Positions 16,347 through 26,573 of a stretch of DNA of 64,000 nucleotides are shown in pieces. Origin of the DNA: Candidatus Colwellbacteria bacterium (GTDB lineage Bacteria > Patescibacteriota > Minisyncoccia > UBA6257 > Colwellbacteraceae); NCBI GenBank assembly GCA_016176525.1, contig JACOWZ010000003.1, forward strand, positions 256,001 to 320,000, written 5' to 3'. Each line of letters opens with the position of its first letter. Position 1 is the first letter of the stretch. Made by a program: the position numbers and the translations under genes. The notes under the pieces are model-generated. The model did no database searches. It saw only the letters and a list, made by a program, of their open reading frames with translations, and was not told the DNA's origin.

Positions 16347-18353
16347 ATGAGTAAAACACTAAGATTAGGTGTTTTGAGCTCTGCTGTCATTTTGGCTGCA
16401 GTCTTATTGGCTGCTCCAACATTTGCCGCTTACACCCGCGACCTCACTGTGGGTTCAACTGGCACTGACGTAACAGATCTCCAAAACTTCCTAATTTCAA
16501 AATCGGCAGCTATGTGGCCAGCAGGCCAAGCGGCTACCGGTTACTTTGGTCCAATAACTCAAGCCGCTTTGGCAAAATACCAGACTTCGGTCGGTATTAG
16601 CCCAGCAGCCGGTTACTTTGGCCCAATAACACGTGCCCACATGGCCTCAATCGGCCAAACAGGCACAACAGGAACAGGTACAACGACAGAAGCTCTTTGC
16701 CCGAACGGTATGACAATTGCAAGCAATTGTATGACTGCTCCGGCAGGCGCAACTGGCGCAACCTGTCCTAATGGAAACCTAGTTTCCAACAACTGTATGG
16801 CAGCTGGTACAACCGGTTTGAGCGGCACTGTAGGTTCAATAACCATTAACGGTCTTTCAACCTACTCTGCTGAACAAGTTGGCGAAGGCGAGACTGATCA
16901 AAAGGTTATCGCTTTTGAAATTGAGGCAGGCAGTGAGTCCGACATAGAGTTGGTTTCAATGCAAGTTGAGGCCTTCCAGATATCAACAGGAGATGACAGA
17001 GATATGGATGCTTACATGAAAGATGTCTCAATCTGGCTTGGTTCCACAGAAGTTGGCCGGGATAATGTAAGCGCTTTCTCAGAGCCTACTACGAACGACT
17101 TCCAAAGGAACATGGTTTTGAGCGGCGCAAGAATCAATGCTGGCGAGACCAAAACTGTTTACATCGCGGTTTCATCGCTTGACAATATTGACACCGGAGA
17201 CAGCGACACAGATGACTGGGCTGCTGGTGTTGCTACAATTAGGTTTAGAGATGGTTCTGGTGTAACAACCACAAACACCTACACTCTTGATCTAACTGAT
17301 AACGTTGTTGACGACACCATTGAGCAGCAATTTGACTTTGGTTCACTTGCAACGGTTGCTAGCGTTGAGCTAGAGGTTTCTTTGAACACAGCCGATGACG
17401 AAATCAACGAAGCTCACCTTATAAAGGTAAACGCTGGCGCGTCAGACACAAACGACATAGAGCTTCTTTCGTTTAAGATGAAAGCTGAAGGTTCAGCCCT
17501 CCAGGTTACAGAGGTTCCTGTTACACTTACTGTAACTGGTGGTTCAACTACCGAGTCTGACATCTTCAAATCCGCTCACCTTTACAGGGAAGGCGTTAAG
17601 ATTGGCTCGGAAACTGTTGCCGATGGCGGCGCGGTAACTTTTGACAACCTTGATTTCACCATTGCTAAGAACGACACAGAGGACTTCAAGATTCTTGTTG
17701 ATATTCAAGACATTGACGGCAATCTTACTGTGGGCGACACACTTCAGGCTCAAATTACTGCAACCAACGTTAACAACATAACGGTGGAGGACTCGTCTGG
17801 ACAACAGCTTTCCGACGATGATGCAACAGGCACTGCTTTAGCTGAGGCTTCTGAAGTCCGAGTTATCGGATTTGACTTTAGCCTCATAAGCGCGACAGCT
17901 TCTATAACTTCCCCCAGTGATGGAGCGACTGCTGGGTCTAGGGACACTGGTACATATACCATCAAGTTTAACCTTACCGCTTGGGGTGGAGACATCTCTA
18001 TTGACAGGAGTTGTGAAGAGGCTGATGCAGATACGGCTGACCAGGGTATAGAGTTTACTGTTACCAACAACGCATCTAACACCTCCACATGTACGTTTGC
18101 GTCAACTGCTGATGACAACACAGATGACACTGGAGCAGCTTGGTTGATTAGTGAAACCGAAACTAATGAGTTTACTCTTACGGTTGCCTTGCAACCAAGT
18201 ACTGAAGCTGCAGATGATCACTTCTCAAAGGTGTATCTCACTTCAATCAACTGGGATGATGTTGTAACCGACACCTCGCCTGACATCTTTACAACTGCAG
18301 GTTTGGGTGAAGCGGACACATCAACTCCGGAACTCTTCTTGCAAGCTATCTAG
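16347..18353 (+). CDS. Large secreted surface (S-layer-like) protein with N-terminal peptidoglycan-binding-like domain
   Basis: Signal peptide ending PTFA/A; RDLTVGSTGTDVTDLQNFL and two GYFGPIT repeats; acidic Thr/Asp-rich beta-type body; own terminator. Confidence 0.8.
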   Translation: MSKTLRLGVLSSAVILAAVLLAAPTFAAYTRDLTVGSTGTDVTDLQNFLISKSAAMWPAGQAATGYFGPITQAALAKYQTSVGISPAAGYFGPITRAHMASIGQTGTTGTGTTTEALCPNGMTIASNCMTAPAGATGATCPNGNLVSNNCMAAGTTGLSGTVGSITINGLSTYSAEQVGEGETDQKVIAFEIEAGSESDIELVSMQVEAFQISTGDDRDMDAYMKDVSIWLGSTEVGRDNVSAFSEPTTNDFQRNMVLSGARINAGETKTVYIAVSSLDNIDTGDSDTDDWAAGVATIRFRDGSGVTTTNTYTLDLTDNVVDDTIEQQFDFGSLATVASVELEVSLNTADDEINEAHLIKVNAGASDTNDIELLSFKMKAEGSALQVTEVPVTLTVTGGSTTESDIFKSAHLYREGVKIGSETVADGGAVTFDNLDFTIAKNDTEDFKILVDIQDIDGNLTVGDTLQAQITATNVNNITVEDSSGQQLSDDDATGTALAEASEVRVIGFDFSLISATASITSPSDGATAGSRDTGTYTIKFNLTAWGGDISIDRSCEEADADTADQGIEFTVTNNASNTSTCTFASTADDNTDDTGAAWLISETETNEFTLTVALQPSTEAADDHFSKVYLTSINWDDVVTDTSPDIFTTAGLGEADTSTPELFLQAI

Positions 18354-18398
18354 CTTAGCTAAACTTCCAAGCAACTTGAGCTTTGCTTAGGAGTTAAT

Positions 18399-18426
18399 GA
18401 AAACCGCCCCGTAAGGGGCGGTTTTC
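18399..18426 (+). terminator. Intrinsic terminator
   Basis: GAAAACCGCCCC-GTAA-GGGGCGGTTTTC then TGTTT. Confidence 0.9.
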
Positions 18427-18452
18427 TGTTTGTGATCTGTTATAATTATTGT

Positions 18453-19715
18453 ATGAAAACAAAATTAGTCTTTTTGGCGGCACTTGCTGTTTTTGCAGGT
18501 AGTTTATTGGGCGTCGGAATTTCATACGCCGTGCCCGGCTTTTTCACCCAAGGCGGGAATTCATTCTTAGAAACAGCGGTTCTAGGCACAACAGACAACT
18601 TTGATTTATCTATAATCACAAACAACACAGAACTTGCGCGTTTTGATACGAGCGGGACTTTTAATGTTAATGGTGATGCAGATATTTCAGGGTCGCTTAT
18701 TAACGCACTGCACAATCACGAGAATAACACTGGCGGTAGTCAGCTAAATGCCACAAACGTTTTTAGCTCTGGCATTGTACCAACAGCGCGCTTAGGTAGT
18801 GGCACAGCTGATTCAGCTAAGTTTTTGAGAGGTGATCAAACTTGGGCTACGCCTCCTAGTCCTGCAAATATGCAGATTTTTACATCTGACGGTACATGGA
18901 TTAAACCCACTGGAGCGAAACTCGTGTTGGTTGAAATGTGGGGCGGCGGCGGTGGTGGGGGTCGCCAAGACCCCAACATAATTGGATCGGGCGGTGGAGG
19001 CGGCGGAGGTGCTTATTCCACAAAGCTCTTTAGAGCTGATGATTTAGGATCTACTGAATCTGTTCTTGTTGGCTCCGGGGGTCTGGCTGGTACAACTGGA
19101 AATCCTCCTGGAGAAGTGGGTGAAAAATCTAGTTTCGCTGGATTAGAAGCATATGGTGGAGGAGGCGGCGGTGGGGGCGATGGTAATTCTACTACACACC
19201 ACGGCGGAGGTGGAGGTGGCGGCACACGTTCCGCTGGGAGTGTTGGGGGAGTAGGCACTAATGCTAGTGGCGGCGACGGCGGTGCACCTAATTATGCTTT
19301 TGGAACTACTAAGTTGGGTGCTGGTGCTCCCGGTGGTTCTGATGTTGATGCAACTGCCAATATAGAAGGTGGTGGAGGTGGTGGTGGAGTTAATGGAGGT
19401 AATCTTACTGGCGCAGCTTCTGGCGCTACATTTGGTGGAGGTGGTGGAGGGGCTGGCGGAGGGACTGGCGGTGAACAATTAGGAGGAGCTGGAGCCTCAT
19501 CGCAATATGGTGGAGGTGGTGGTGGAGGAGGTCATCGTGGTTCTTCGGCAGCGTACTCCGGCGGTTCTTCGATAAACGGTGGTAGTGGTGGAACTGGTTC
19601 TAAAATTGGCGCCGATGCAACTCCTGGTAGTATTCCTGGAGGTGGCGGAGGCGGAGGCGGTGCCCAAGATCCAGCTGCCGGCGCTCGCGGCGAAGTAAGG
19701 GTATATTCGTGGTAG
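18453..19715 (+). CDS. Secreted glycine-rich protein resembling phage tail-fibre Gly-rich domains
   Basis: Signal peptide; VPTARLGSGTADSAKFLRGDQTW; FTSDGTWIKPTGAKLVLVEMWGGGGGGG..GARGEVRVYSW. Confidence 0.75.
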   Translation: MKTKLVFLAALAVFAGSLLGVGISYAVPGFFTQGGNSFLETAVLGTTDNFDLSIITNNTELARFDTSGTFNVNGDADISGSLINALHNHENNTGGSQLNATNVFSSGIVPTARLGSGTADSAKFLRGDQTWATPPSPANMQIFTSDGTWIKPTGAKLVLVEMWGGGGGGGRQDPNIIGSGGGGGGGAYSTKLFRADDLGSTESVLVGSGGLAGTTGNPPGEVGEKSSFAGLEAYGGGGGGGGDGNSTTHHGGGGGGGTRSAGSVGGVGTNASGGDGGAPNYAFGTTKLGAGAPGGSDVDATANIEGGGGGGGVNGGNLTGAASGATFGGGGGGAGGGTGGEQLGGAGASSQYGGGGGGGGHRGSSAAYSGGSSINGGSGGTGSKIGADATPGSIPGGGGGGGGAQDPAAGARGEVRVYSW

Positions 19716-19768
19716 GTGAATTTTCTCTAAATTATAACGACTAGCGATTTGAGTTATAATACTTAGGT

Positions 19769-21670
19769 ATGCAGAACGCGATTAGGAACATCTTTGTAGT
19801 TGCGGTTTTTTTGTTTCCTCTTTTGTATTTTAAGGCGTTTTTTTTCCCCGCTGTGTATTCCCACGCGGTTTTTATATATTTTATTGCCGAGCTGCTTTTT
19901 CTTTTGTATCTATGGCACGATTTTGGGCGAGGGAAAATTACTTTCAAAAAAAGCTATATAACTATTGCACTTGCGATTTACATAGCCGTTTTGTTTTTAA
20001 CCGCCTTAACGGGCGTTGATTTTGGTAAGTCGTTTTGGTCCAGCTACAACCGAATGACAGGTATTATCACTTGGCTGCACTACTTTGCGCTTTTCTTTGT
20101 GGTTTCTGCGGTTTCTAAGCGTGAGGATTGGAAGTATGTTTTCCGCGCCATAATGCTCTCCGGTGCAGTATTGGCTCTAGTTTCTTGGGTTGGCGAGGAC
20201 GGTTTTAATACGGGGCTATTTCCATATCTTAAAGATGGATCATTTTTGGGCAACAACTCTTACAGTGGTGCATACTTTTTACTAGCATTCTTCTTATCTC
20301 TAATAGGCGTTGTGTTTGAAACTAAGAAAATCTGGAAATGGGTTTATACTGCTGGGCTAGCGGTTATTTTCTTTAATCCGGATATGTTTAATTTTGATGT
20401 TTGGTCCGGAAAAACTTTTAATCTTATTGGCGAGGCCCGAGCATCGTCGGCTGTGGTTTGGATTGGGCTTGCGGTGTTAGGCGCGATTTTTGCGGTATAT
20501 AGATTCGCAAAAAATAAAAAACTTGTAGCCGGCATAGCTGCATTTCTCTTTATAGCTATATTAGGTGTTTACGTATATGGGTTTACATCAATACTCTCCG
20601 GCAAAGGTGTTTTGTATGACAAGTTTTTGGAGATAGATGGACCTGTGCGGCTCACAGTTTGGGATAGCACTATTCAGGGCATTAAAGAACGCCCTATACT
20701 TGGCTATGGGTCAGGAAACTTTGACTATATTTCTGATAGACGCCTTGATCCAAAATTACTAGCACTAGACGAAGATTTGTTCTTTGACCATCCACACAAT
20801 CTTACGCTTGATGTGTTTATTAGTGCAGGTGTTTTGGGAGCTTTGGGAATGTTTTTGATTTTTGCCGCCGCGGCGCATAAGAGTATCAAACTCTATCTAA
20901 AAGAAAATAAATTCTACTTTTTAGTAATTCCACTTGTATTAGTATTGCATTTTCTGCAACTGCAAACATTCTTAGAAGGTCCTGGCTCGCTGCTTCTAGT
21001 TTTTATAATGCTTGCGTTTCTTGCCTCGCGTGAGCCGGATTTAGAGTTGAAAGTTTCCATTCTTAGATTGCGAAATTTATTAAAAACAGGTGCGGTTGTC
21101 GCCTTTATAGTAGCTTCTTATTTGTGGGTATTTGTGCCTACAGAGCAAAATTTGCTCTATATAAAACTGACTTCTGGCGCGACGGTAGAAGAAAGACAGC
21201 AGTTACTACCAAAACTTAAAGAGATTAAAGTTGACCCGCTATATATTATTAATTTGTTGAGTGACGGTTTTATGCGTGGCGCTATGCACTACAGAGACAG
21301 ATTTGACGAGCCTGCTATCAAAGGAGTGCTACAAGGAGAGTTTAAAATGTTTTTGGATACTTACGAAAGTTTTGAGTCGAGATACAAAGATAATTTTAAG
21401 TTTAATTTCCAGTATGGGAAAGTAATAAATGCCGCAAATGCCGTTGGTGTTAATAAATTAGAAAAAGGCGAGGAGATTATACGTAGAGCTATTACCATCT
21501 CCGACCTCTATCCGCACCCATACGCGCTTTTGGCTTTTAATCTTTATTTTCAAGAGAGATACGACGAGGCACTAGAGGTTGCAGAAACGGCTATTACTAA
21601 AGATCCATCGGACAGCAGAGCGCAAACGTTGCGCGATTTGATTATCTCTCGAGCTTTACAACCCCTTTGA
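19769..21670 (+). CDS. O-antigen ligase / O-oligosaccharyltransferase-like membrane protein with C-terminal TPR-like region
   Basis: About 12 TM segments; RLTVW..ERPILGYGSGNF..DHPHNLTLD Wzy_C-type loop. Confidence 0.82.
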   Translation: MQNAIRNIFVVAVFLFPLLYFKAFFFPAVYSHAVFIYFIAELLFLLYLWHDFGRGKITFKKSYITIALAIYIAVLFLTALTGVDFGKSFWSSYNRMTGIITWLHYFALFFVVSAVSKREDWKYVFRAIMLSGAVLALVSWVGEDGFNTGLFPYLKDGSFLGNNSYSGAYFLLAFFLSLIGVVFETKKIWKWVYTAGLAVIFFNPDMFNFDVWSGKTFNLIGEARASSAVVWIGLAVLGAIFAVYRFAKNKKLVAGIAAFLFIAILGVYVYGFTSILSGKGVLYDKFLEIDGPVRLTVWDSTIQGIKERPILGYGSGNFDYISDRRLDPKLLALDEDLFFDHPHNLTLDVFISAGVLGALGMFLIFAAAAHKSIKLYLKENKFYFLVIPLVLVLHFLQLQTFLEGPGSLLLVFIMLAFLASREPDLELKVSILRLRNLLKTGAVVAFIVASYLWVFVPTEQNLLYIKLTSGATVEERQQLLPKLKEIKVDPLYIINLLSDGFMRGAMHYRDRFDEPAIKGVLQGEFKMFLDTYESFESRYKDNFKFNFQYGKVINAANAVGVNKLEKGEEIIRRAITISDLYPHPYALLAFNLYFQERYDEALEVAETAITKDPSDSRAQTLRDLIISRALQPL

Positions 21671-22522
21671 TACCTTTTTAAGGTATTTGCGGAAGTCTTT
21701 GCCCACGGTTTTGTGCTTTAGGCCGAAGTCCACTGTGGCTTTGAGTAAGCCAAGTTTACTGCCACAGTCGTATCTTTTGCCCTCAAACTTTAGACCGTAA
21801 ACCGGCATTTTACCGATTATATTTTTTAGCGCATATGCCAATCGTATCTCGTCTTTAGAATTATCGAGCTTTTTAAGCTCGTGGAACACATGCGGAGTAA
21901 TAATGTATTTACCGGCTATTACAAGGTTGGAAGGTGCGTCTTTTGGGTTTGGCTTCTCTACGATGTCTTTAATTTCGTAAACATTCCCGGAGATTTTCTT
22001 TGCATCCACAACGCCGTAGCGATGTACCTCCGAACGTGGCACTGTTTCAAGCGCTATAACAATACCGCCGTGTTTTTTAAATACCTCGCCTAGCTGGGCA
22101 AGGCAGGGCACAACACTGTCCACTATATCGTCTCCGAATAGCACACCGACCGGTTCGTCGCCGTGCACCAAGTGTTCTGCAGAGAGTATTGCATGGCCGT
22201 CGCCTAACGGAGCACTTTGTCTTACAAAAGAAAACCGCGCGAGCTTTGCTATATTCCTTACCTCATCAAACATTTCTTTTTTGCCGTTTTTACTAAGGTG
22301 GGACTCAAGCTCGGTGGAAAAATCAAAATGATCTTCAATAGCGCGTTTAGTGCGACCTGTTATAAAAATAACGTCTTCAACGCCGGAGGCAACCGCTTCT
22401 TCTACCAAATATTGGATTATCGGTTTGTCTATAATGGGCAGCATTTCTTTTGGTTGGGCTTTTGTCGCGGGCAGAAATCTAGTGCCCAACCCGGCTACCG
22501 GGATGATTACTTTTTTAACCAT
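21656..22522 (-). CDS. galU: UTP--glucose-1-phosphate uridylyltransferase
   Basis: PVAGLGTRFLPATKAQPKEMLPI, PLGDGHA, VEKP, DCGSKLG. Confidence 0.95.
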   Translation of the reverse strand: MVKKVIIPVAGLGTRFLPATKAQPKEMLPIIDKPIIQYLVEEAVASGVEDVIFITGRTKRAIEDHFDFSTELESHLSKNGKKEMFDEVRNIAKLARFSFVRQSAPLGDGHAILSAEHLVHGDEPVGVLFGDDIVDSVVPCLAQLGEVFKKHGGIVIALETVPRSEVHRYGVVDAKKISGNVYEIKDIVEKPNPKDAPSNLVIAGKYIITPHVFHELKKLDNSKDEIRLAYALKNIIGKMPVYGLKFEGKRYDCGSKLGLLKATVDFGLKHKTVGKDFRKYLKKVSKGL

Positions 22523-22598
22523 GTAGGTATATATTTCAATAATTTCCGACTGTTGTAAAGCTCGCTGTTTTTGTGATAATATTCTTACTCCACGATAA

Positions 22599-23513
22599 AT
22601 GAAAAAAGTATTAGTAACTGGCGGGGCAGGGTTTATAGGTAGTCATTTGGTTGATAGATTACTTAATGAAGGCTATGAGGTTTTTGTTGTAGATAATCTC
22701 TCAACAGGCAAGCGCGAGAACCTAAACCCTGAAGCAGGATTTTTTGAAGTGGATATTACAGATTTCGATGCATTAGATAAGGTTTTCTCAGAAACAGAAC
22801 CCGAATATGTATTCCACCAAGCGGCAATCCCGCGGATGCCGATTTCTATAAAAGACCCGGTTGGCACATCTAAGACTAATATTTTGGGTACAATTAATGT
22901 GCTAAAAGCTGCTCACGATGCCGGAGTTAAACGGGTTGTTTATGCCGCTTCTTCTTCTGCTTACGGCGAGCAAGAAACATTGCCGCTCCACGAAGATATG
23001 GTGCCGAATCCTTTGAGTCCATATGGTTTGCAAAAATATGTTGGGGAGTTGAAACTTCGCTTGTTTTCATCGCTCTATGGTTTACCCACTGTTTCTCTGC
23101 GTTATTTTAATGTGTATGGGCCGAGGATTGATGTTAACTCCGATTACAGTTTGGTTGTTGGGAAATTTCTTAGGTTAAATAAGGAAGGTAAACGACTTCC
23201 AATATTTGGTGATGGTAAGCAGTCTAGAGCATTTTGCTATGTCGGCGATGTGGTGGAGGCAAACATCAAAGCTATGCTATCCCCAAAGGTTGGCAAGGGA
23301 GAGGTGATAAACATTGGCGCAAAAGACCCTGTTTCTGTGGAAGAGATTGCAGAAGCTATAGGCGGAGAAAAAGAGTACTTGCCGCCGAGAGCCGGCGACC
23401 CGATGCACACAGCTGCAGACTTGACTAGGGCTATAGAACTTTTAGAATGGGAACCTAAGGTAGACTTTGTGGAAGGTCTTCGCATGACCAAAGAATGGTT
23501 TGAAAGTTTATAA
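22599..23513 (+). CDS. NAD-dependent nucleotide-sugar epimerase/dehydratase
   Basis: TGGAGFIG, SSSAYG, YGLQK, LRYFNVYGP. Confidence 0.9.
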   Translation: MKKVLVTGGAGFIGSHLVDRLLNEGYEVFVVDNLSTGKRENLNPEAGFFEVDITDFDALDKVFSETEPEYVFHQAAIPRMPISIKDPVGTSKTNILGTINVLKAAHDAGVKRVVYAASSSAYGEQETLPLHEDMVPNPLSPYGLQKYVGELKLRLFSSLYGLPTVSLRYFNVYGPRIDVNSDYSLVVGKFLRLNKEGKRLPIFGDGKQSRAFCYVGDVVEANIKAMLSPKVGKGEVINIGAKDPVSVEEIAEAIGGEKEYLPPRAGDPMHTAADLTRAIELLEWEPKVDFVEGLRMTKEWFESL

Positions 23514-23514
23514 A

Positions 23515-24354
23515 ATGAACAATAAATCTATAAAAGATATTACAGTAGCGGTTGTGGGTGTTGGCATGGTGGGCGGCGCTATGCAGAGGTATTTTGAAAA
23601 AGCTGGCAGGACTCACTTTCTTTACGACCCATATAAAAAATTAGGTTCCAAAGGAGAAGTAAACAAGGCAGATGTTGTTTTTGTGTCGGTGCCTACCCCA
23701 TACAAGGTAAAAGAGGGTGGGTTTGATCTCTCGTATGTAAAAGAAACTTGCGAATTTTTAGACGACGGCAAGGTTGTTGTAATTAAATCCACTGTTGTGC
23801 CGGGCACTACACAGAAATTACAGGATGAGTATCCAAACCTAAAGTTTCTATTCAACCCAGAGTTTTTAACAGAGCTTACTGCCGACCAAGATATGAATTA
23901 TCCCGACCGCCAGATTATAGGCCACACAAAAGAGAGTTATAACGTTGCCGGCCATGTTATGCGGCTACTGCCCTTAGCGCCTTATGAGCGCATAATGCCA
24001 GCGACTGCGGCAGAAACTGTTAAGTATTTCGGCAATACCTGGTTTTCTACAAAGGTAGTATTTGCCAACCAAATGTATGATCTGTGTGAAAAGCTGGGTA
24101 TTGATTACGATATAGTAAAAGAAGCCGCTGCAGGCGACAAGCGTATAGGCCCATCGCACCTGGAGATTTTCCATAAAGATTATCGTGGTTATGGTGGAAA
24201 GTGTTTGCCAAAAGACATTCGTGCTTTGATTCAGCTTGCCGAATCTTTGGGTGTGGAATTAAAGCTCCATAAAACAGTTGAAGAGATCAATAACAAAATG
24301 ATTGCCGACCAAGGCATAGACGACCACGAGACTTTCGGAACAAAGAGAGAATAG
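23515..24354 (+). CDS. Short UDP-glucose/GDP-mannose dehydrogenase-family protein
   Basis: GVGMVG, VPTP, IKSTVVPGT, NPEFL, GYGGKCLPKD. Confidence 0.85.
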   Translation: MNNKSIKDITVAVVGVGMVGGAMQRYFEKAGRTHFLYDPYKKLGSKGEVNKADVVFVSVPTPYKVKEGGFDLSYVKETCEFLDDGKVVVIKSTVVPGTTQKLQDEYPNLKFLFNPEFLTELTADQDMNYPDRQIIGHTKESYNVAGHVMRLLPLAPYERIMPATAAETVKYFGNTWFSTKVVFANQMYDLCEKLGIDYDIVKEAAAGDKRIGPSHLEIFHKDYRGYGGKCLPKDIRALIQLAESLGVELKLHKTVEEINNKMIADQGIDDHETFGTKRE

Positions 24355-25599
24355 TTAGAGTTTTAGAAAATAATACAGAGATGTGCCTACGCGAAATATT
24401 TCTGATACAAGCAGCGCCCCCGCTACGCCGAATATTCCATAGAATGGGGTTAGAACTAGAAACAGTCCGACTCGGAGTATAACTGACCCGACGCGCACAA
24501 CGTACAATTCTTTTTTACGAAGATCGCTTATAAGCGCGGCCACAAGCAAGTTAAATGGCAGTATTGCTATTATAAGAGACAATATCTGGAAGTATATTAC
24601 CGATTCCATATATTGAGGAAAAAGTATTTTATATGCAACTGGGGCTGTAATAACTGCTAAAATTGTCGCTGGAATTGATAATAAAAATAGTAGACGGAAC
24701 TTATACAATAAACCGTGTTTTATATCTTTTATGTTTTTCTCGCCAAGCTTTGGTAAGGCGAGTGCCTGTACGGGGACAATATCGCTTAGCGACTTTATTG
24801 GAAACAGCGCGAATGAATAGATTGCAACTTGGATCGGTCCTAGGAATTTCCATAAAACAACTTTGTCCATATGGGCGCCTAATCTAACAATCCCGTCCAT
24901 TATGGTTAAATTTTTCCCAAACTTCACAGCTTCTGTGTCTCTCTCATTATTTTTTGTTTTTTTAATTGTTTTCCAGAGAAAGAGCCCGTCAAACAATACA
25001 CGAGAACCAAGGGTAATTGAGATAATCCACAATATACTGTCGGTTAAATATATCGCTGGTAAGATAATAAGAAAAGAAAGCGCGGCAGGTGCAACTTTGT
25101 AAAATCCCTCAATATCAAAGCGTTTTTTACCATTCCAGAAGACTGGTGCTAGAGCAAATGCCTCTATAAGAGGCAGGAATATTGCTGTCAGAGCAAAGCC
25201 GCCAGCAAGTACTAAATTTTTGTTTAAAAGGTACCAGATAGAAACCAGGAAAAGTCCCAAAGATCCTAATAGACCCCACCTTATCTTTTCTTTAACCACT
25301 AATGTTAGAGTTCCTTCTTTGCCGCGGGCGATACTTTTGATAAGGGCTGTGTTCATTCCAGATAGAGCGAATATACCAGCGATGCCGAGCCCAGCGAGTA
25401 CAAATTGGTATGTTCCGTATATTTCCTTTGGAATCCAATAAGCAAAAGCAACCATGGTTGCGAGAGAAATTAAGAACTTGCCTCCTTTTCCCAAAAGTAT
25501 CCAAAAAGTTCCCTTAACCGCATATGTCATATCGGTTTTGGTATAGCGTTCGGACCATTTAAGAAATCCCAGGATTTTACGGGTTATTGTTTGTCGCAT
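24355..25599 (-). CDS. Polysaccharide flippase (Wzx-like)
   Basis: Multi-TM; YGTYQ, DKVVLWKFLGPIQVAIYS, YGIFGVA. Confidence 0.8.
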   Translation of the reverse strand: MRQTITRKILGFLKWSERYTKTDMTYAVKGTFWILLGKGGKFLISLATMVAFAYWIPKEIYGTYQFVLAGLGIAGIFALSGMNTALIKSIARGKEGTLTLVVKEKIRWGLLGSLGLFLVSIWYLLNKNLVLAGGFALTAIFLPLIEAFALAPVFWNGKKRFDIEGFYKVAPAALSFLIILPAIYLTDSILWIISITLGSRVLFDGLFLWKTIKKTKNNERDTEAVKFGKNLTIMDGIVRLGAHMDKVVLWKFLGPIQVAIYSFALFPIKSLSDIVPVQALALPKLGEKNIKDIKHGLLYKFRLLFLLSIPATILAVITAPVAYKILFPQYMESVIYFQILSLIIAILPFNLLVAALISDLRKKELYVVRVGSVILRVGLFLVLTPFYGIFGVAGALLVSEIFRVGTSLYYFLKL

Positions 25600-25655
25600 G
25601 TTCTATAGCATACCTTATTGTGTACAATAAGCTGAAATCAAATATAATTTAAAAT

Positions 25656-26570
25656 ATGAAAAAATTCGGTTTTATAACTATAGGCAATCAGGCTTATTTC
25701 CACACAATTTACTACTCTATAGAGAACATTAATTCTTTGTATCCGGATGTTTCAATATACATATACGATTGCGGGTTTACCCCTGCTCAAAGGCAGAAAT
25801 TTAGAGAGCAAAAGAACGTGACTCTTGTTCCTTGGGAAGACCGATTTTTTGATATTTCTATGCATTTTCGTTCTTTGCGGGAAAAGTTAAGTTTGGTATA
25901 CAACATTAGAAGGTTAAAAGATTTTCTTCCTTATATAAAGAATCTACTCCGTATTGTTAACGACCAGTCATATGCGTTGTTTTTAAAGCGGGAAATGCGT
26001 TTTGCAAACAAGCCATTGTGTATTCTGGATTGTATAAAGCGCTATGAGGAAAATGTTGTGTTTTTAGATGGTGATGCGGTTGTTGCCCAAAAATTTGATG
26101 AGCTTCTCAGGGATTCTTTTGATGTCGGAGTAACACTTAGAGAGCAAGGAGAAATAAGTATCAATAAAAATTCTTGTTCGGTACTTAACTCGGGTGTGCT
26201 TTTTTTCTTGGGCGGAAGAGAGAGAAATACATCTTTTTTAGGATATTGGATAGATTTTATGAAGAAAACGCATGAGCGATATATAGAGCAAAGCGCTCTT
26301 ACTCGTTTACTTGAGAATGTTGGCAAAGATGTGTTCACTAACTATAATGAGGTTTTAGTGCGTCTTTCTCAGGGAGAGATACGGGTTAAAATATTGCCAT
26401 GCAGAGTGTATAACCATTATCGCGCACGGCGATATGGTGTGACTAAAGAAAATAAGATTGTGCATTTTAAATCCTTGAATTATAGAAAGGAAGTGTTTTA
26501 CGACTTTTTACGAGAGTTGGGAATGTCTATTCCTGAAGCGGTCAATGCGGTCCGAAAAGAAGATTTATAA
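25656..26570 (+). CDS. Putative nucleotide-diphospho-sugar transferase (GT-A fold)
   Basis: IYDCGFT, KPLCI, FLDGDA, NSGVLF, EQSAL, IVHFK. Confidence 0.6.
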   Translation: MKKFGFITIGNQAYFHTIYYSIENINSLYPDVSIYIYDCGFTPAQRQKFREQKNVTLVPWEDRFFDISMHFRSLREKLSLVYNIRRLKDFLPYIKNLLRIVNDQSYALFLKREMRFANKPLCILDCIKRYEENVVFLDGDAVVAQKFDELLRDSFDVGVTLREQGEISINKNSCSVLNSGVLFFLGGRERNTSFLGYWIDFMKKTHERYIEQSALTRLLENVGKDVFTNYNEVLVRLSQGEIRVKILPCRVYNHYRARRYGVTKENKIVHFKSLNYRKEVFYDFLRELGMSIPEAVNAVRKEDL

Positions 26571-26573
26571 AAT

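Noticed and set aside
18940-19680. GGN-rich tandem repeats as a DNA element
   Set aside because: Fully explained by poly-glycine coding with varied third positions
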